A stretch of 58,671 bases of DNA from a virus. Its lineage: Duplodnaviria; Caudoviricetes. A model generated the notes under the pieces. That model ran no database searches and had not been told where the DNA came from. It saw nothing but the letters and a program-made list of their open reading frames with translations. The stretch covers positions 1 through 58,671 of the IMG/VR virus record IMGVR_UViG_3300032323_001828. The stretch is one strand, 5' to 3'. Every line of letters starts with the position of its first letter. The stretch's first letter is position 1. This document shows, one piece after another, positions 39,771-49,556 of the stretch. The position numbers and the translations under genes are program-made.

Positions 39771-41177
39771 TTAATTTGTCTTTATTTTGCCCAACAACTG
39801 TTTGAGCTTGGCACTTTGCACATCGGCTATGACTTTGCCAGACTCAATGACTTCTTCTTGTGCAGAATCTGCCGCCAAGGCCAGTCGACTTTGTGTTTTG
39901 ATACTGTTCAAGATATCAGGTTTACGGAACGCATTAACTGGTCCAGCTTCTTCGCCTGGATCAGTAATACGCATGGTTTCAATATTGTAGTCCAAGTCAA
40001 TCTTTTGCCCTACACCTGTACTGCTACGCGACTTCATACACTGTATTTGATACTTGCCACGCTCACGCATAGCACGACTTGTAAAGATACCAAACACGTT
40101 GTCTGCTGTGTTAATCTTACTGATACCACCCGAAATATGACTATGATCAAATTCAATTTCTTCCACTGCACTTCGATTTAACTGACTTGCTGTCACAAAC
40201 AACACATTAAGTTCTTTGGCCAAATTACGCAGTTCTTCACTAACATACTTGTCTTTGACAAACAAATCATTGGGACTGACCTTAGCACTGACTGGCATTA
40301 GTAAGTCCAAGTAGTCACACATGATAAAATCTACTCGAATGCCTGTTTGTACTTGCACTTCTTTGATGTAACTGCGAATGTCATTGATATTTGATTGTGC
40401 AGGCAATGCCTTGATACGATACTGCCCAGCTTTCTTGCTTACCAGTTTGACCTTGAGTTCGGTTTGATCAATGTCTTTACGAATTTCTTTTGTGCTCATA
40501 CCGGCCAACATGGCATCAGTACGCAACGCACACAGTTCTTCACTGAGTTCTAAACTGATATACACACCACTAAGTCCGGCCTGCAACCAACTCAAGGCTA
40601 TGTTCATCATGACCAAGCTCTTGCCCGATCCAGATCCACCAGCAAATATGTTTAGTTCGCCGCGACTGAATCCACCATACAAGATCTTGTCCATCTGTGG
40701 CCACCCGGTGCTCACTTGCCCACCGCTATTAAAATATTTGTCGATACGCAATCTAGGATCTGCCCAGTAATCTGTGCCCATGTCCTTGGTCAGACTGATC
40801 TGTACTGCATCCTTGATCAGTTTTTCTACTGGATCATACTCGCCTTTTTCCAGCAAGTCTGCACTCTTTAAGATTGCACGTTCTAGTTCTTGACGTCGAG
40901 TAAAGCCTTCAAACTCGGTCATGAACCATTCAAAGTGTCCGTCATTCAAGTCAGGAATATGTTTTAGTTCTACGCCAGTGGCTGCTCGAATTTGATCTGT
41001 GCCAGGCAATGTTTTGTATTCATTACTATGTGTGGCAATAAACTCGGCTACTGGGCGTAAACTTCTATCAAAGTTTTCTGGATTATAAATGTTCTGCACA
41101 CGCACATACGACTCTGCGTCTTGCAACATCATTTCTAAGAATAGTCGTTGGACCTCAAGCCCGTAGTCTTTTAACAA
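39771..41177 (-). CDS. replicative DnaB-like helicase (gp41-like)
   Basis: GGSGSGKS, SLELSE, DYLDL, TASQLNR, KSR; TTG start. Confidence 0.95.
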   Translation of the reverse strand: MLKDYGLEVQRLFLEMMLQDAESYVRVQNIYNPENFDRSLRPVAEFIATHSNEYKTLPGTDQIRAATGVELKHIPDLNDGHFEWFMTEFEGFTRRQELERAILKSADLLEKGEYDPVEKLIKDAVQISLTKDMGTDYWADPRLRIDKYFNSGGQVSTGWPQMDKILYGGFSRGELNIFAGGSGSGKSLVMMNIALSWLQAGLSGVYISLELSEELCALRTDAMLAGMSTKEIRKDIDQTELKVKLVSKKAGQYRIKALPAQSNINDIRSYIKEVQVQTGIRVDFIMCDYLDLLMPVSAKVSPNDLFVKDKYVSEELRNLAKELNVLFVTASQLNRSAVEEIEFDHSHISGGISKINTADNVFGIFTSRAMRERGKYQIQCMKSRSSTGVGQKIDLDYNIETMRITDPGEEAGPVNAFRKPDILNSIKTQSRLALAADSAQEEVIESGKVIADVQSAKLKQLLGKIKTN

Positions 41178-41185
41178 GTTGTTTC
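41170..41185. repeat. direct repeat flanking the radical SAM gene (copy A)
   Basis: tttaacaagttgtttc vs tttaacaagttgcttc at 42303-42318 (15/16). Confidence 0.65.
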
Positions 41186-42310
41186 CTTTTGTATTTCTGG
41201 TGACAGCGATTTACGCCAATCAATTTTTCTTAAAATGCTAAGACGATCTAAATAATCAACCCAGGCATTATCAGGCTGACTGTTTTGTTTTATATAGTTG
41301 ATTACAGTGTTTACTCCTGGGTATTTACTTAACGAGTATAACATATCTAGTGCCAGCAATGCTTGGTTTTTGGTAAGATGTTTTAAATCCAAAACCCGGC
41401 CGCCGTAGGAACTAGGCTCAATGCATCGTACAAATAGCTGGCTAGGATCGCCTTGACTACCAGTTTGACAATGCTCTTCCCACCAATGGAAAAACTCTGG
41501 CATGTTAAAAATATTGTGTATTCCAATTATAGCATTAACTTCTATTAGGATACTGATATTATTAAGCGATCTAAAATATTGTATGTTGTCTTGCACTTTG
41601 CTCCAAACCGCCGGGAATCTTGTAAATTCAAATGTGCTCTCAATTCCATCTAAACTAAAAAATAAACGTACAAACCGACACCGTTCCCAGAGCTCTAGTG
41701 TTTCCGCATCAGGTATAATAGTTCCGTTTGTGTTATACGATATCATAAGATTTGGTAACACTCCCAGTGTGTCTAAATGTTGTAATATTTTTTTATTGTC
41801 TCGATTTAGCAACGGCTCACCGCCGGTAAAGTGTAACTTTTTAATATGATTGAGATCCAAATGTTGCCATACTGACTCAGGGTTTTTCTTCAAGGTTATC
41901 TGCGGAGTGGATGGATCAAACAACTGATACTCGCCGCTCCAAGAACTACTATATGTAGAACTACAACTAATACATTTTAGATTGCACGCCAATGATTGCT
42001 CAAGGTGTAGGCTATGTATTACTTTTGATGTTGTGTCTTGCGATATTAATGAATTCCATTCCAACAACGATCGTTCTCGTTCATTGGCTATGTGCCCAGG
42101 TATGCTACAATAATGCGAACACGATTTAGGAACTGCTGTTTTACTCTCTTTGCGAATATTTTCCAAGGTTTGATGGTCAAAGGTAATTTTTTCTACCGTT
42201 TGTTTTTGTTGCCAACAACACATGGAAATAGTGTTTCTCCCCGAGGCTGTTGCTCCTATAAACAAACCTTGATTATAATAAGGGCAATGGGTGTCTGAAT
42301 TGTTTAACAA
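41171..42310 (-). CDS. radical SAM protein inserted between primase and helicase
   Basis: CNLKCISC, TGGEP, NTNGT, SLDG. Confidence 0.9.
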   Translation of the reverse strand: MLNNSDTHCPYYNQGLFIGATASGRNTISMCCWQQKQTVEKITFDHQTLENIRKESKTAVPKSCSHYCSIPGHIANERERSLLEWNSLISQDTTSKVIHSLHLEQSLACNLKCISCSSTYSSSWSGEYQLFDPSTPQITLKKNPESVWQHLDLNHIKKLHFTGGEPLLNRDNKKILQHLDTLGVLPNLMISYNTNGTIIPDAETLELWERCRFVRLFFSLDGIESTFEFTRFPAVWSKVQDNIQYFRSLNNISILIEVNAIIGIHNIFNMPEFFHWWEEHCQTGSQGDPSQLFVRCIEPSSYGGRVLDLKHLTKNQALLALDMLYSLSKYPGVNTVINYIKQNSQPDNAWVDYLDRLSILRKIDWRKSLSPEIQKETTC

Positions 42311-43250
42311 GTTGCTTCTTTCTCAGTTCTATCTTAATTTTGCTGGTTTCTTTTGCTTGCATTATAGTTATCAATGTGCCTAATCTGCCCAAACGAATCA
42401 CAGCATCGTTTACATCTTTGACCCCCGCGGGCCATTCGGGCATACTGACCGCCCAACCCAGTTCCACTGCACGATCTACTAACTTCATTCCGGCTTCATC
42501 CTGATCCGGCACCACAACCACCTCACGTCCAAGACTGCGTATCAGTCTTACTTGAGCATCATTAATGTCAGCATGCATAACCGCTAAACCGTTGATACTG
42601 AGTGCATCAAATACACCTTCTACCATAATTGCATACTGCCAGTTAGCGCCTTGAAGATCTGTTCCAAACACATAGCCATGCTGTATGTCCTGTATGTACT
42701 TGGGCATACGATCATCTAGAAATCTAGTAGTATGCCCAACCACTTGATTGTCATGTGTAAATGGAATTACTATGCCGGGACGTGGCATGGTTTTATACAT
42801 GAATGGATAGTCTAGTAGAATGCCTCTACCACGCAAATACTTTTCAGCTGTTTCATTTAACGGTTGGGTGTCTGCTGGTAGGTCTCGATCTTCAAATTCA
42901 ATGTTTTGTAACTTGTTGACAATCTCTTGTCGCTCGCCCAGCAGGCCTTCAATTGATTTGTGCTTTAGGCTTTCAAGATTGATGCGTTCAATTTCTTCCT
43001 GCGGCACATTCATCCACTCTAATAGTCGACGAGCTTTGAATGTTAAGTTGCGTCCCAGAACAAAACTGGCAGTATAGCCGCAGTTGAAACAGTGATAACT
43101 CCACGACCCGTCTGTGCCGGGTTTGATACCGCCACGCTGTCGACGATCCTGTGTGTCGCCGCGATGGATGCAACAGGGTGCGTTGAAGCTGATCCAGCCA
43201 CTGGCTGTTTGTTTACGCTTGCCGGGTAAAAAGGAAATCACATCAATCAT
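42273..43250 (-). CDS. DNA primase (gp61-like)
   Basis: Zn finger (PCC...HCFNC), TOPRIM EGVFDA, PDQD, KDVND. Confidence 0.92.
   Translation of the reverse strand: MIDVISFLPGKRKQTASGWISFNAPCCIHRGDTQDRRQRGGIKPGTDGSWSYHCFNCGYTASFVLGRNLTFKARRLLEWMNVPQEEIERINLESLKHKSIEGLLGERQEIVNKLQNIEFEDRDLPADTQPLNETAEKYLRGRGILLDYPFMYKTMPRPGIVIPFTHDNQVVGHTTRFLDDRMPKYIQDIQHGYVFGTDLQGANWQYAIMVEGVFDALSINGLAVMHADINDAQVRLIRSLGREVVVVPDQDEAGMKLVDRAVELGWAVSMPEWPAGVKDVNDAVIRLGRLGTLITIMQAKETSKIKIELRKKQLVKQFRHPLPLL
42303..42318. repeat. direct repeat flanking the radical SAM gene (copy B)
   Basis: 15/16 identical to 41170-41185; both copies contain a TTG start codon. Confidence 0.65.
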
Positions 43251-43256
43251 GCTACA

Positions 43257-43285
43257 ATTATAGCAGGATTTTTGACAAAACTCAA
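43257..43285 (-). promoter_or_regulatory. sigma70-type promoter, 6 nt before the primase ATG
   Basis: TTGAGT-17 bp-TGcTATAAT. Confidence 0.6.
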
Positions 43286-43297
43286 CGACGTTTGGTG

Positions 43298-44449
43298 TTA
43301 TCTGTACAGTAGGTCGACCACATAACCTGTGCTGATAATAACAGCAGCTCCAGTTTGATTGGGATTGACTGGGAATACGCCTGGGCCTTGGCCAGCATTG
43401 GGCAGATACCAGTAACCCGATCCGCCATTGGTCACAGTAATGCCCGTAACCACACCTTCGGTAATCTGTGCTGTGGCTGTAGCACCGGCGCCTGTGCCAA
43501 TGATGTTGACTTTGGGTGGTGCCAAATAGCCCGACCCACCCTCGGTCACAGTGATACTGGTGACCACACCATTTTCTGTTGTGGCATACGCTATGGCCGG
43601 AATACCGGGCTGATCAGGTACAGCAAAAATACTGTTGTTGAAACACAATCTCATTATTGGATACCAGCCCACAAGATTCATGTAGATTGTACCAGTTTTG
43701 TTGAGATATGTAGTGGATTCGGTTATGTTGTAAAAGATGCTTTGATAGTTTTCCGCTGCCTGTGCCTTGATTGTTCCGGTATATCCGTCCAAGGTCATTT
43801 GTACTGTGGTCACTGCGTTGACCGGTTCAATAAAACTACTGAAAAATTCTGTATTTAAAAAACTGTTGTAGTAATTGGCACCATTAGGATTGCCGCCTGC
43901 CCAGTAAGGACTGGAGGGATATTGTCCCCAGGTGGCCCCATCATAACTGACCTCAGCAGAAAGTTTTGTGGTGGGAATTGTAAGTGGTGCGCTGGGCACA
44001 TACTGCGGCAATACGCTGTCCACAATGTTTACGGGAGCACGAGCACCCGCCTGCGCATTGGTAAACACCGCTTCGGTCAATCCGCCGGGCTGTGTTCGTT
44101 GTATGCTGTAGGTGGCCGGTTGTGCCAAGACTTCCAACAATTCTGTGCTGGTTAGCGTAACTTTGGCTCGGCCAGTTGCAGCATTCAGAGCCTCCAAGGG
44201 TTTTTCAACCAGTATTTGATCGCCTTGTGTGTTGATTGCGCGAAATAAAAAAGTACTGCCTGTGATGTTGACAGGTTTTTCTTCTTGATTTATAAATTCA
44301 AACAAGAGCACGTTGTCCACGCCTTTGTTTATGGTCAGTTGTTTTGCGTACACAGGATCGTACCTATAAGTAAAAGTTTCCCCCGCGCCAGTGTCTATGA
44401 GTAACACTCGTGTGAGCTGTTGATAGATATAAACCTGGGTAGAGTACAT
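43298..44449 (-). CDS. virion structural protein (baseplate/tail associated)
   Basis: KGVDN.L.F N-terminal domain; two ITVT.GGSGY repeats. Confidence 0.7.
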   Translation of the reverse strand: MYSTQVYIYQQLTRVLLIDTGAGETFTYRYDPVYAKQLTINKGVDNVLLFEFINQEEKPVNITGSTFLFRAINTQGDQILVEKPLEALNAATGRAKVTLTSTELLEVLAQPATYSIQRTQPGGLTEAVFTNAQAGARAPVNIVDSVLPQYVPSAPLTIPTTKLSAEVSYDGATWGQYPSSPYWAGGNPNGANYYNSFLNTEFFSSFIEPVNAVTTVQMTLDGYTGTIKAQAAENYQSIFYNITESTTYLNKTGTIYMNLVGWYPIMRLCFNNSIFAVPDQPGIPAIAYATTENGVVTSITVTEGGSGYLAPPKVNIIGTGAGATATAQITEGVVTGITVTNGGSGYWYLPNAGQGPGVFPVNPNQTGAAVIISTGYVVDLLYR

Positions 44450-44509
44450 ACAGAGTATTTAGTGCCTTTGTGCGTGGTCGAGATATGGTTTGGTAAATAT
44501 TCACACTAT

Positions 44510-44887
44510 ATGAACAATGATTTTTTTGAAAAACTGGCTGAAAAATACCCATTTATAACATTGTGTGTCTATGCCACAACAGAATACGTGGGCATTATAC
44601 AAAATCAAGATGAGGCAATAACTACCATCTACGATTTTGGTGCCATACAAGACTTGGAAATCAAACGTCAGTTTTTGGAACTGGCCAATATTTGGTGGTG
44701 GGAAAGCAATAGAACTGTGCCCATCAATATATTCCTCAAAGGCGACTGGGATCAATTCAAACCCTACTTACGAACTTTTACCAACAAAGACCTGGAAGTC
44801 TTGCATGGCCCAGTGTGCAGTCTCAGCGAAATGAGTCGCAAAAAAAGCAAGAGAAAATCAATTACTCTGGTCAGACGCCTTGACTGA
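44510..44887 (+). CDS. conserved phage hypothetical protein
   Basis: KYPFITL...EYVGIIQN...WWWESNRTVPINIFL; TAAATA upstream. Confidence 0.75.
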   Translation: MNNDFFEKLAEKYPFITLCVYATTEYVGIIQNQDEAITTIYDFGAIQDLEIKRQFLELANIWWWESNRTVPINIFLKGDWDQFKPYLRTFTNKDLEVLHGPVCSLSEMSRKKSKRKSITLVRRLD

Positions 44888-45440
44888 GCAAGTTCATGTG
44901 CAAGGCCACTAGAGCGGCATAGCCGATGGCATGTGCATGTTTGAACACAAATCCTCTACTATCGTCGCCGTCCCACACTGATTTAAATACAACGTCCCAG
45001 GATTGATTTTGCAGGTGTGCTTTACCCGGGCGGATTATACTAATAAATGCAGCCATACGAGTAATAGAATCTGGACGCATTGATTCTAGTAGTTGCGTAT
45101 AATTGCCCACGTGCACCAACTGACTGACCCATGCAGTATCGGTCCATAAACGACTCCACGGCGGTTCTTGTGCCAGCAGTTGTTCATAGTGTTCATAACT
45201 TTTTATCAGCTGATACACACTCATGTTCAGCAAGTCAATTTTAAAATAGCCCAGTTGTTCAGCTGTTTCATAATCTATGGCCGCACATCCGTGTACTGGA
45301 TCCTGTGGTATATCAGTCACGTACACACCGCTGTTGTGTCGCCGTATTTGAGTTTGGTGTGTTTGACGTGCTGGTGTTGCCCGAATTAGTTGTAGTAACT
45401 GTTCTCTGTCGGCCAAATCGATGTCAATGTCTGCGCTCAT
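44871..45440 (-). CDS. miniature DNA polymerase III alpha (DnaE) palm-domain protein
   Basis: DIDID, HNSGVY, GYFKIDLL, IIRPG and FKHAHAIGYA are collinear with E. coli DnaE DFDVD, HAGGVV, GLVKFDFL, LFRPG and FNKSHSAAYA. Confidence 0.8.
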   Translation of the reverse strand: MSADIDIDLADREQLLQLIRATPARQTHQTQIRRHNSGVYVTDIPQDPVHGCAAIDYETAEQLGYFKIDLLNMSVYQLIKSYEHYEQLLAQEPPWSRLWTDTAWVSQLVHVGNYTQLLESMRPDSITRMAAFISIIRPGKAHLQNQSWDVVFKSVWDGDDSRGFVFKHAHAIGYAALVALHMNLLSQGV

Positions 45441-45444
45441 GATC

Positions 45445-46434
45445 TTATTTTACACGAAAATCCAACACATGTCTACTGTTGGTGAACCATGTGGTAGTAG
45501 CTGCAGGAAATTCACAGTTCCATAAGTTTTCTAACTGTGCCAAAATATAACTTTCCTGCATGAGATCCAACTTGGGCAATTCAAAATCTTTACCTTGACA
45601 TATTTGATCTATCAACTGATCGCAATGTATCTTTGAGTTTCGATAAGGTTGCTTGCTTAGAAATATTTCATGCAGTTGCCGGATGGCGGTTTCTTGTTTG
45701 AATTCATATCCGGACCATTGTGCTATGTGTTGTAGTTGTTGTACAAACTGGTCTGTATTGTAAAAACTTGCAAATGGAAATATCTTTACATCATTGCTGG
45801 AGTCGTAAATCATTTTTTCCTGCTGTGTTATAAATCCTGATTGATAGGGTTTTTTAAAACCAATTTTGAAAAATTCTCTAAGTACATTCCGTGGACAATC
45901 TACATGTTCGGAGTCTAATCGTAACAGGCGCAAATTGTGTTGACCCAGACATTCTGATTTTATCCATTCCGGTAACTGATCAAAATCATCAAGGTTGTTA
46001 CAATCAGGCCAGCTTTCATCCTTGACTGCTGCATAACTATCAGCAAACTGTGTTTTAAAAAAACTTGCAATCAAGTTGTCCAGTACCCACTTATAGTCTG
46101 GATTATTAAGTTTGTTATAGGTGTTGATTTCCAACAGGTCATTGTCAAGACCGTGATCACCGGCTCGTAACAAACTAATAGACTGCAACGGCAATAGATC
46201 AGATGTGGTTATTTGTATGCTGATTATTTTGCTGTCGAAGATCTCTGTTCGTACGCCACGAAAGTCAGAGTAGTGCCAGCAGTCAAATTGTTTCTCTTCA
46301 TGATACCGTTTAGCATGTGAAGCTCCTTGCTGGTTGAATGGCGTATCATTGCAGGCTACGCCGGCTAGGAATTTATTACAGACAAAATCCAAATAGTTGC
46401 CGTGAGTACCACCATGAAAATCGATATAGATCAT
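45445..46434 (-). CDS. hypothetical protein (possibly sulfotransferase/P-loop-like)
   Basis: IDFHGGTHGNYL N-terminal Gly loop; AT-rich. Confidence 0.55.
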   Translation of the reverse strand: MIYIDFHGGTHGNYLDFVCNKFLAGVACNDTPFNQQGASHAKRYHEEKQFDCWHYSDFRGVRTEIFDSKIISIQITTSDLLPLQSISLLRAGDHGLDNDLLEINTYNKLNNPDYKWVLDNLIASFFKTQFADSYAAVKDESWPDCNNLDDFDQLPEWIKSECLGQHNLRLLRLDSEHVDCPRNVLREFFKIGFKKPYQSGFITQQEKMIYDSSNDVKIFPFASFYNTDQFVQQLQHIAQWSGYEFKQETAIRQLHEIFLSKQPYRNSKIHCDQLIDQICQGKDFELPKLDLMQESYILAQLENLWNCEFPAATTTWFTNSRHVLDFRVK

Positions 46435-47109
46435 TTACCAACCGGCCCTTTGCAACATGTCGCGCACATATTCTTGGTCAGCTACATAATCACGAAACTT
46501 TTTCATCCATACTTCCGAATCAATGTAGGGCCATAATATGGCAATTTGTGTAGCATCTAATTCGCCTAAGAACTTTTGTCCTGAATCACAGTTGTACACT
46601 ATCCAAGGACTGATCCTACCAGCGGTCACAGCATAGACCATGGCATTGACATTGCCATAGCGTAGGCAATCCTCTGCAGGATGTCCTGTTTTTTCTGCCC
46701 AGTCGATGCCAAATTCCATGGCACGAGCCAGGGCATCATTGATGTTTTCAACTTTTAAATAGTCGATAAGATATTCTGTATACACAGTGTCTTTGCACCA
46801 GTGATCAATTTTTTTGTTTTGTTTTAACACCCACTTGGTAAATTGCTCTGGGTTAATAGCCTTGACATCTACACAGTATCGACCAAACTTTACAAATGCA
46901 CGATAGTAAGGACTGTCACAAAAGTCATCATAGGTTTTTAATTTGGCACTGCCTTGAGTAAGTTCATAAAACTTGATGTATGAATAGAACCCCAGTCTGA
47001 CACCAGGCTCATCTTGTTGCTGTCGACGACGACGCGGTTCGCACGAATGCACTGCAAGACTAGACTCTTTGACAAAGTCTTTTTTGCAATACTGACATGT
47101 GTATTTCAT
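46435..47109 (-). CDS. Zn-finger protein in the replication cluster
   Basis: YTCQYCKKDFVKESSLAVHSC C2H2/C2HC-like finger. Confidence 0.7.
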   Translation of the reverse strand: MKYTCQYCKKDFVKESSLAVHSCEPRRRRQQQDEPGVRLGFYSYIKFYELTQGSAKLKTYDDFCDSPYYRAFVKFGRYCVDVKAINPEQFTKWVLKQNKKIDHWCKDTVYTEYLIDYLKVENINDALARAMEFGIDWAEKTGHPAEDCLRYGNVNAMVYAVTAGRISPWIVYNCDSGQKFLGELDATQIAILWPYIDSEVWMKKFRDYVADQEYVRDMLQRAGW

Positions 47110-47555
47110 TTTTTAACTTCTTGTCCCATCTGTTTGAGATAGGCATCAATGTCTTTTTTGGTTGTAATCTTGGCCAGCAAATCAATCTCATCATCATTGA
47201 AATGTGGATAAAGTTCTGCCAATTGTTTACGAATACTGCCAGCACCGGATTCTTTTTTCTTGGGAGCTATCCATTGATGTCGATGTGTGCCCATTCCGGG
47301 ACTCACTGCTGTGGCCATGAGCCACTGTAGCTTGGGATGTCGACTCAATGCAAAGAAGTGTTTGTTTAGATAATGATTACAACTCTGTACATAGTACTCT
47401 TGCAATTCACGACTACCTTGTATACTAGATCCCCAGCGTATCATCAAGAATGTACTAAACTTTTTGCGTTCTTCGTCGGTCAAACTTTCGTAGAATGTTC
47501 GATCCTTGCGATCAAACACACTCATTTCATTGGCTATGTTTAGTTTATCGCTCAT
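47106..47555 (-). CDS. putative clamp-loader small subunit (gp62-like)
   Basis: KFSTFLMIRWGS...N...HPKLQW...HQWI pattern. Confidence 0.5.
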   Translation of the reverse strand: MSDKLNIANEMSVFDRKDRTFYESLTDEERKKFSTFLMIRWGSSIQGSRELQEYYVQSCNHYLNKHFFALSRHPKLQWLMATAVSPGMGTHRHQWIAPKKKESGAGSIRKQLAELYPHFNDDEIDLLAKITTKKDIDAYLKQMGQEVKK

Positions 47556-47557
47556 CT

Positions 47558-48058
47558 TTACCAAGCTAGATTGTAGTTTACCACTTCACAGTTGCGACTG
47601 ATGTCTTTGACAAAGTACACACACTCTGGCTTGGGCCCATTGTTGATTGGCACGCACAGCATTTGGCCGTTTTTTAGTTTAGGAGCATACCAAGTGACTT
47701 CTTGATATACATCAACAATTTCAATGTCTAGAAAACTGGGACGAAAACTACTAAGGGGATTGAACTGAAATGCTTTAAATCCGCGATCATTAATACTAGT
47801 AAGCGGTAACACTTCTAAGTCGCCAAGATCAGGTTCACCGATTAAGATTTGCCAGTCTACGGGCATACGAACTCTGTGTTCGCCAACACGTAAAACTAAT
47901 GCGGGTGCTGTAAAACTTTCTAAAAAGATCAGGGGAATATAATGATAGTCAGGATCCTTGGGATCGCTGTTATCAAATATAGCAAACCGCATGTCATCTA
48001 CTTCTTCTGGTAGATGATCGAGGTCAAACGGGGTATTGTCTAATGTAAGTATACGCAT
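47558..48058 (-). CDS. hypothetical beta-rich protein
   Basis: 166 aa with its own extended -10 promoter. Confidence 0.7.
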   Translation of the reverse strand: MRILTLDNTPFDLDHLPEEVDDMRFAIFDNSDPKDPDYHYIPLIFLESFTAPALVLRVGEHRVRMPVDWQILIGEPDLGDLEVLPLTSINDRGFKAFQFNPLSSFRPSFLDIEIVDVYQEVTWYAPKLKNGQMLCVPINNGPKPECVYFVKDISRNCEVVNYNLAW

Positions 48059-48095
48059 GAATTTATTATAACATATTTTGTAGTAGTTGCAACCT

Positions 48096-49556
48096 TTATT
48101 TCCAAGCTAGTTTTTCTTGTGTAAATGGATATGAAGCCTCCTTATAAAACTGCTTGCGTTTGGTCAAGTGACGTTTTGCAAATCTACATGTTGATGTCAC
48201 GTCCCAGATCTGTACATGATCCTTGTCTTCGGCCTTGCGGATACCTCGCCCTATGCTTTGTATCACTCGGACAAAACTCTTGCCAGGTTCCACAAGAACC
48301 AGATTGAAAATCCTAGGTATATTGATACCCACCGCAGCCACGCCATACGTGGCCACAATGATCTTGCCTGTTGCATCAGCCACTTCATCATATTCATCCT
48401 GTCTCGCCTTGGCCTTGGTTGCACCCGATACCATTACAGCGTTATCACCCAAGCGTTCTATTAGGCCCTGTCCGGCTGCAATACGATCTACCAACACAAG
48501 AGTGTTGCCTGTGAGATTGACTTGCCGGATCAAATTGGCTATGGTGTCTAATCTGCCAGGCTCTTCCAACAGGTATTTTAGCTCGCTTTGATAATTGGTA
48601 AACTCTGCATGATCTTCCAATTGTACAATGTTCACATGACATTGTGCCAGCACACCTTGGCTTTGCAGTTCGCTGGCGCTGAGCTTGCCAATCACCGGGC
48701 CAAGACTACACTTCAGGGCTTGGAATTCGAATGGTTCCTTGGGTATGGTTCCTGTGAGTCCCCAGCGCAAGGGAATACGACTCATGACTCCGGTCAGCAG
48801 GGTCTTTAATGCGTCGGCCTTGGCCATGTGTACTTCATCCACAATAACACACACTACATCTTCAAGAAACTCACCGATAGTAACATCACCTACAGAATTT
48901 TTTGTATTCTTCAGTAGCACATTTAAACTTTGCCAGGTACAGATGGTGTGCTGGCGTCCCCACTCTTTGCGGTCTCCAAAGTACACACCCACATCCTGTT
49001 GCATGTTGATGTAGTCTTTTTCTGTTTGTGTGACCAGACTCTTGTTGGGCACAATCACAATAGTACGGCCTAAGGGCGCCACAGCGTTGCTAAGTGCGGC
49101 TGTAATAACAGTCTTACCAGCGCCAGTGGCAATCTCTTGTATGCACTGTGGATTGGATAAAAAGTTGTTGATAATTTCCACTTGATAGTCACGCATGACC
49201 ATGGGTTCGCCGGCCTGCGGATGACCCTTGGGCCAAGTGATATGGCCAAATGAATCCTCAGTGACCTGCTCAAATTCAAATGTGGTAGAATAGTCTCGCT
49301 GATCATTTAAGTCAATATCGTAGTTGAACTTCTCTAGAATAGGAATAATTTCTGGCAACAAGTTTACATAGGTACTGCCGCCCAGTTGAAAATAACTGAC
49401 TTTACCGTCCCAGCGTCCGAGGCGCACTGCTGGCAGGTATCTGGCCCCGGGCACATCATACTTGAAGGCATTTACTAAGGCGCGCCGAGCATCAAGTTCT
49501 AAGCCTTCTATTTTGATATTGACTTCATCGCGGATAATGATAGTGGCTGTTTTCAT
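48096..49556 (-). CDS. uvsW: SF2 helicase, UvsW-like
   Basis: RDYQ, ATGAGKT, DEVH, GLTGT, QSIGRGIR. Confidence 0.9.
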   Translation of the reverse strand: MKTATIIIRDEVNIKIEGLELDARRALVNAFKYDVPGARYLPAVRLGRWDGKVSYFQLGGSTYVNLLPEIIPILEKFNYDIDLNDQRDYSTTFEFEQVTEDSFGHITWPKGHPQAGEPMVMRDYQVEIINNFLSNPQCIQEIATGAGKTVITAALSNAVAPLGRTIVIVPNKSLVTQTEKDYINMQQDVGVYFGDRKEWGRQHTICTWQSLNVLLKNTKNSVGDVTIGEFLEDVVCVIVDEVHMAKADALKTLLTGVMSRIPLRWGLTGTIPKEPFEFQALKCSLGPVIGKLSASELQSQGVLAQCHVNIVQLEDHAEFTNYQSELKYLLEEPGRLDTIANLIRQVNLTGNTLVLVDRIAAGQGLIERLGDNAVMVSGATKAKARQDEYDEVADATGKIIVATYGVAAVGINIPRIFNLVLVEPGKSFVRVIQSIGRGIRKAEDKDHVQIWDVTSTCRFAKRHLTKRKQFYKEASYPFTQEKLAWK

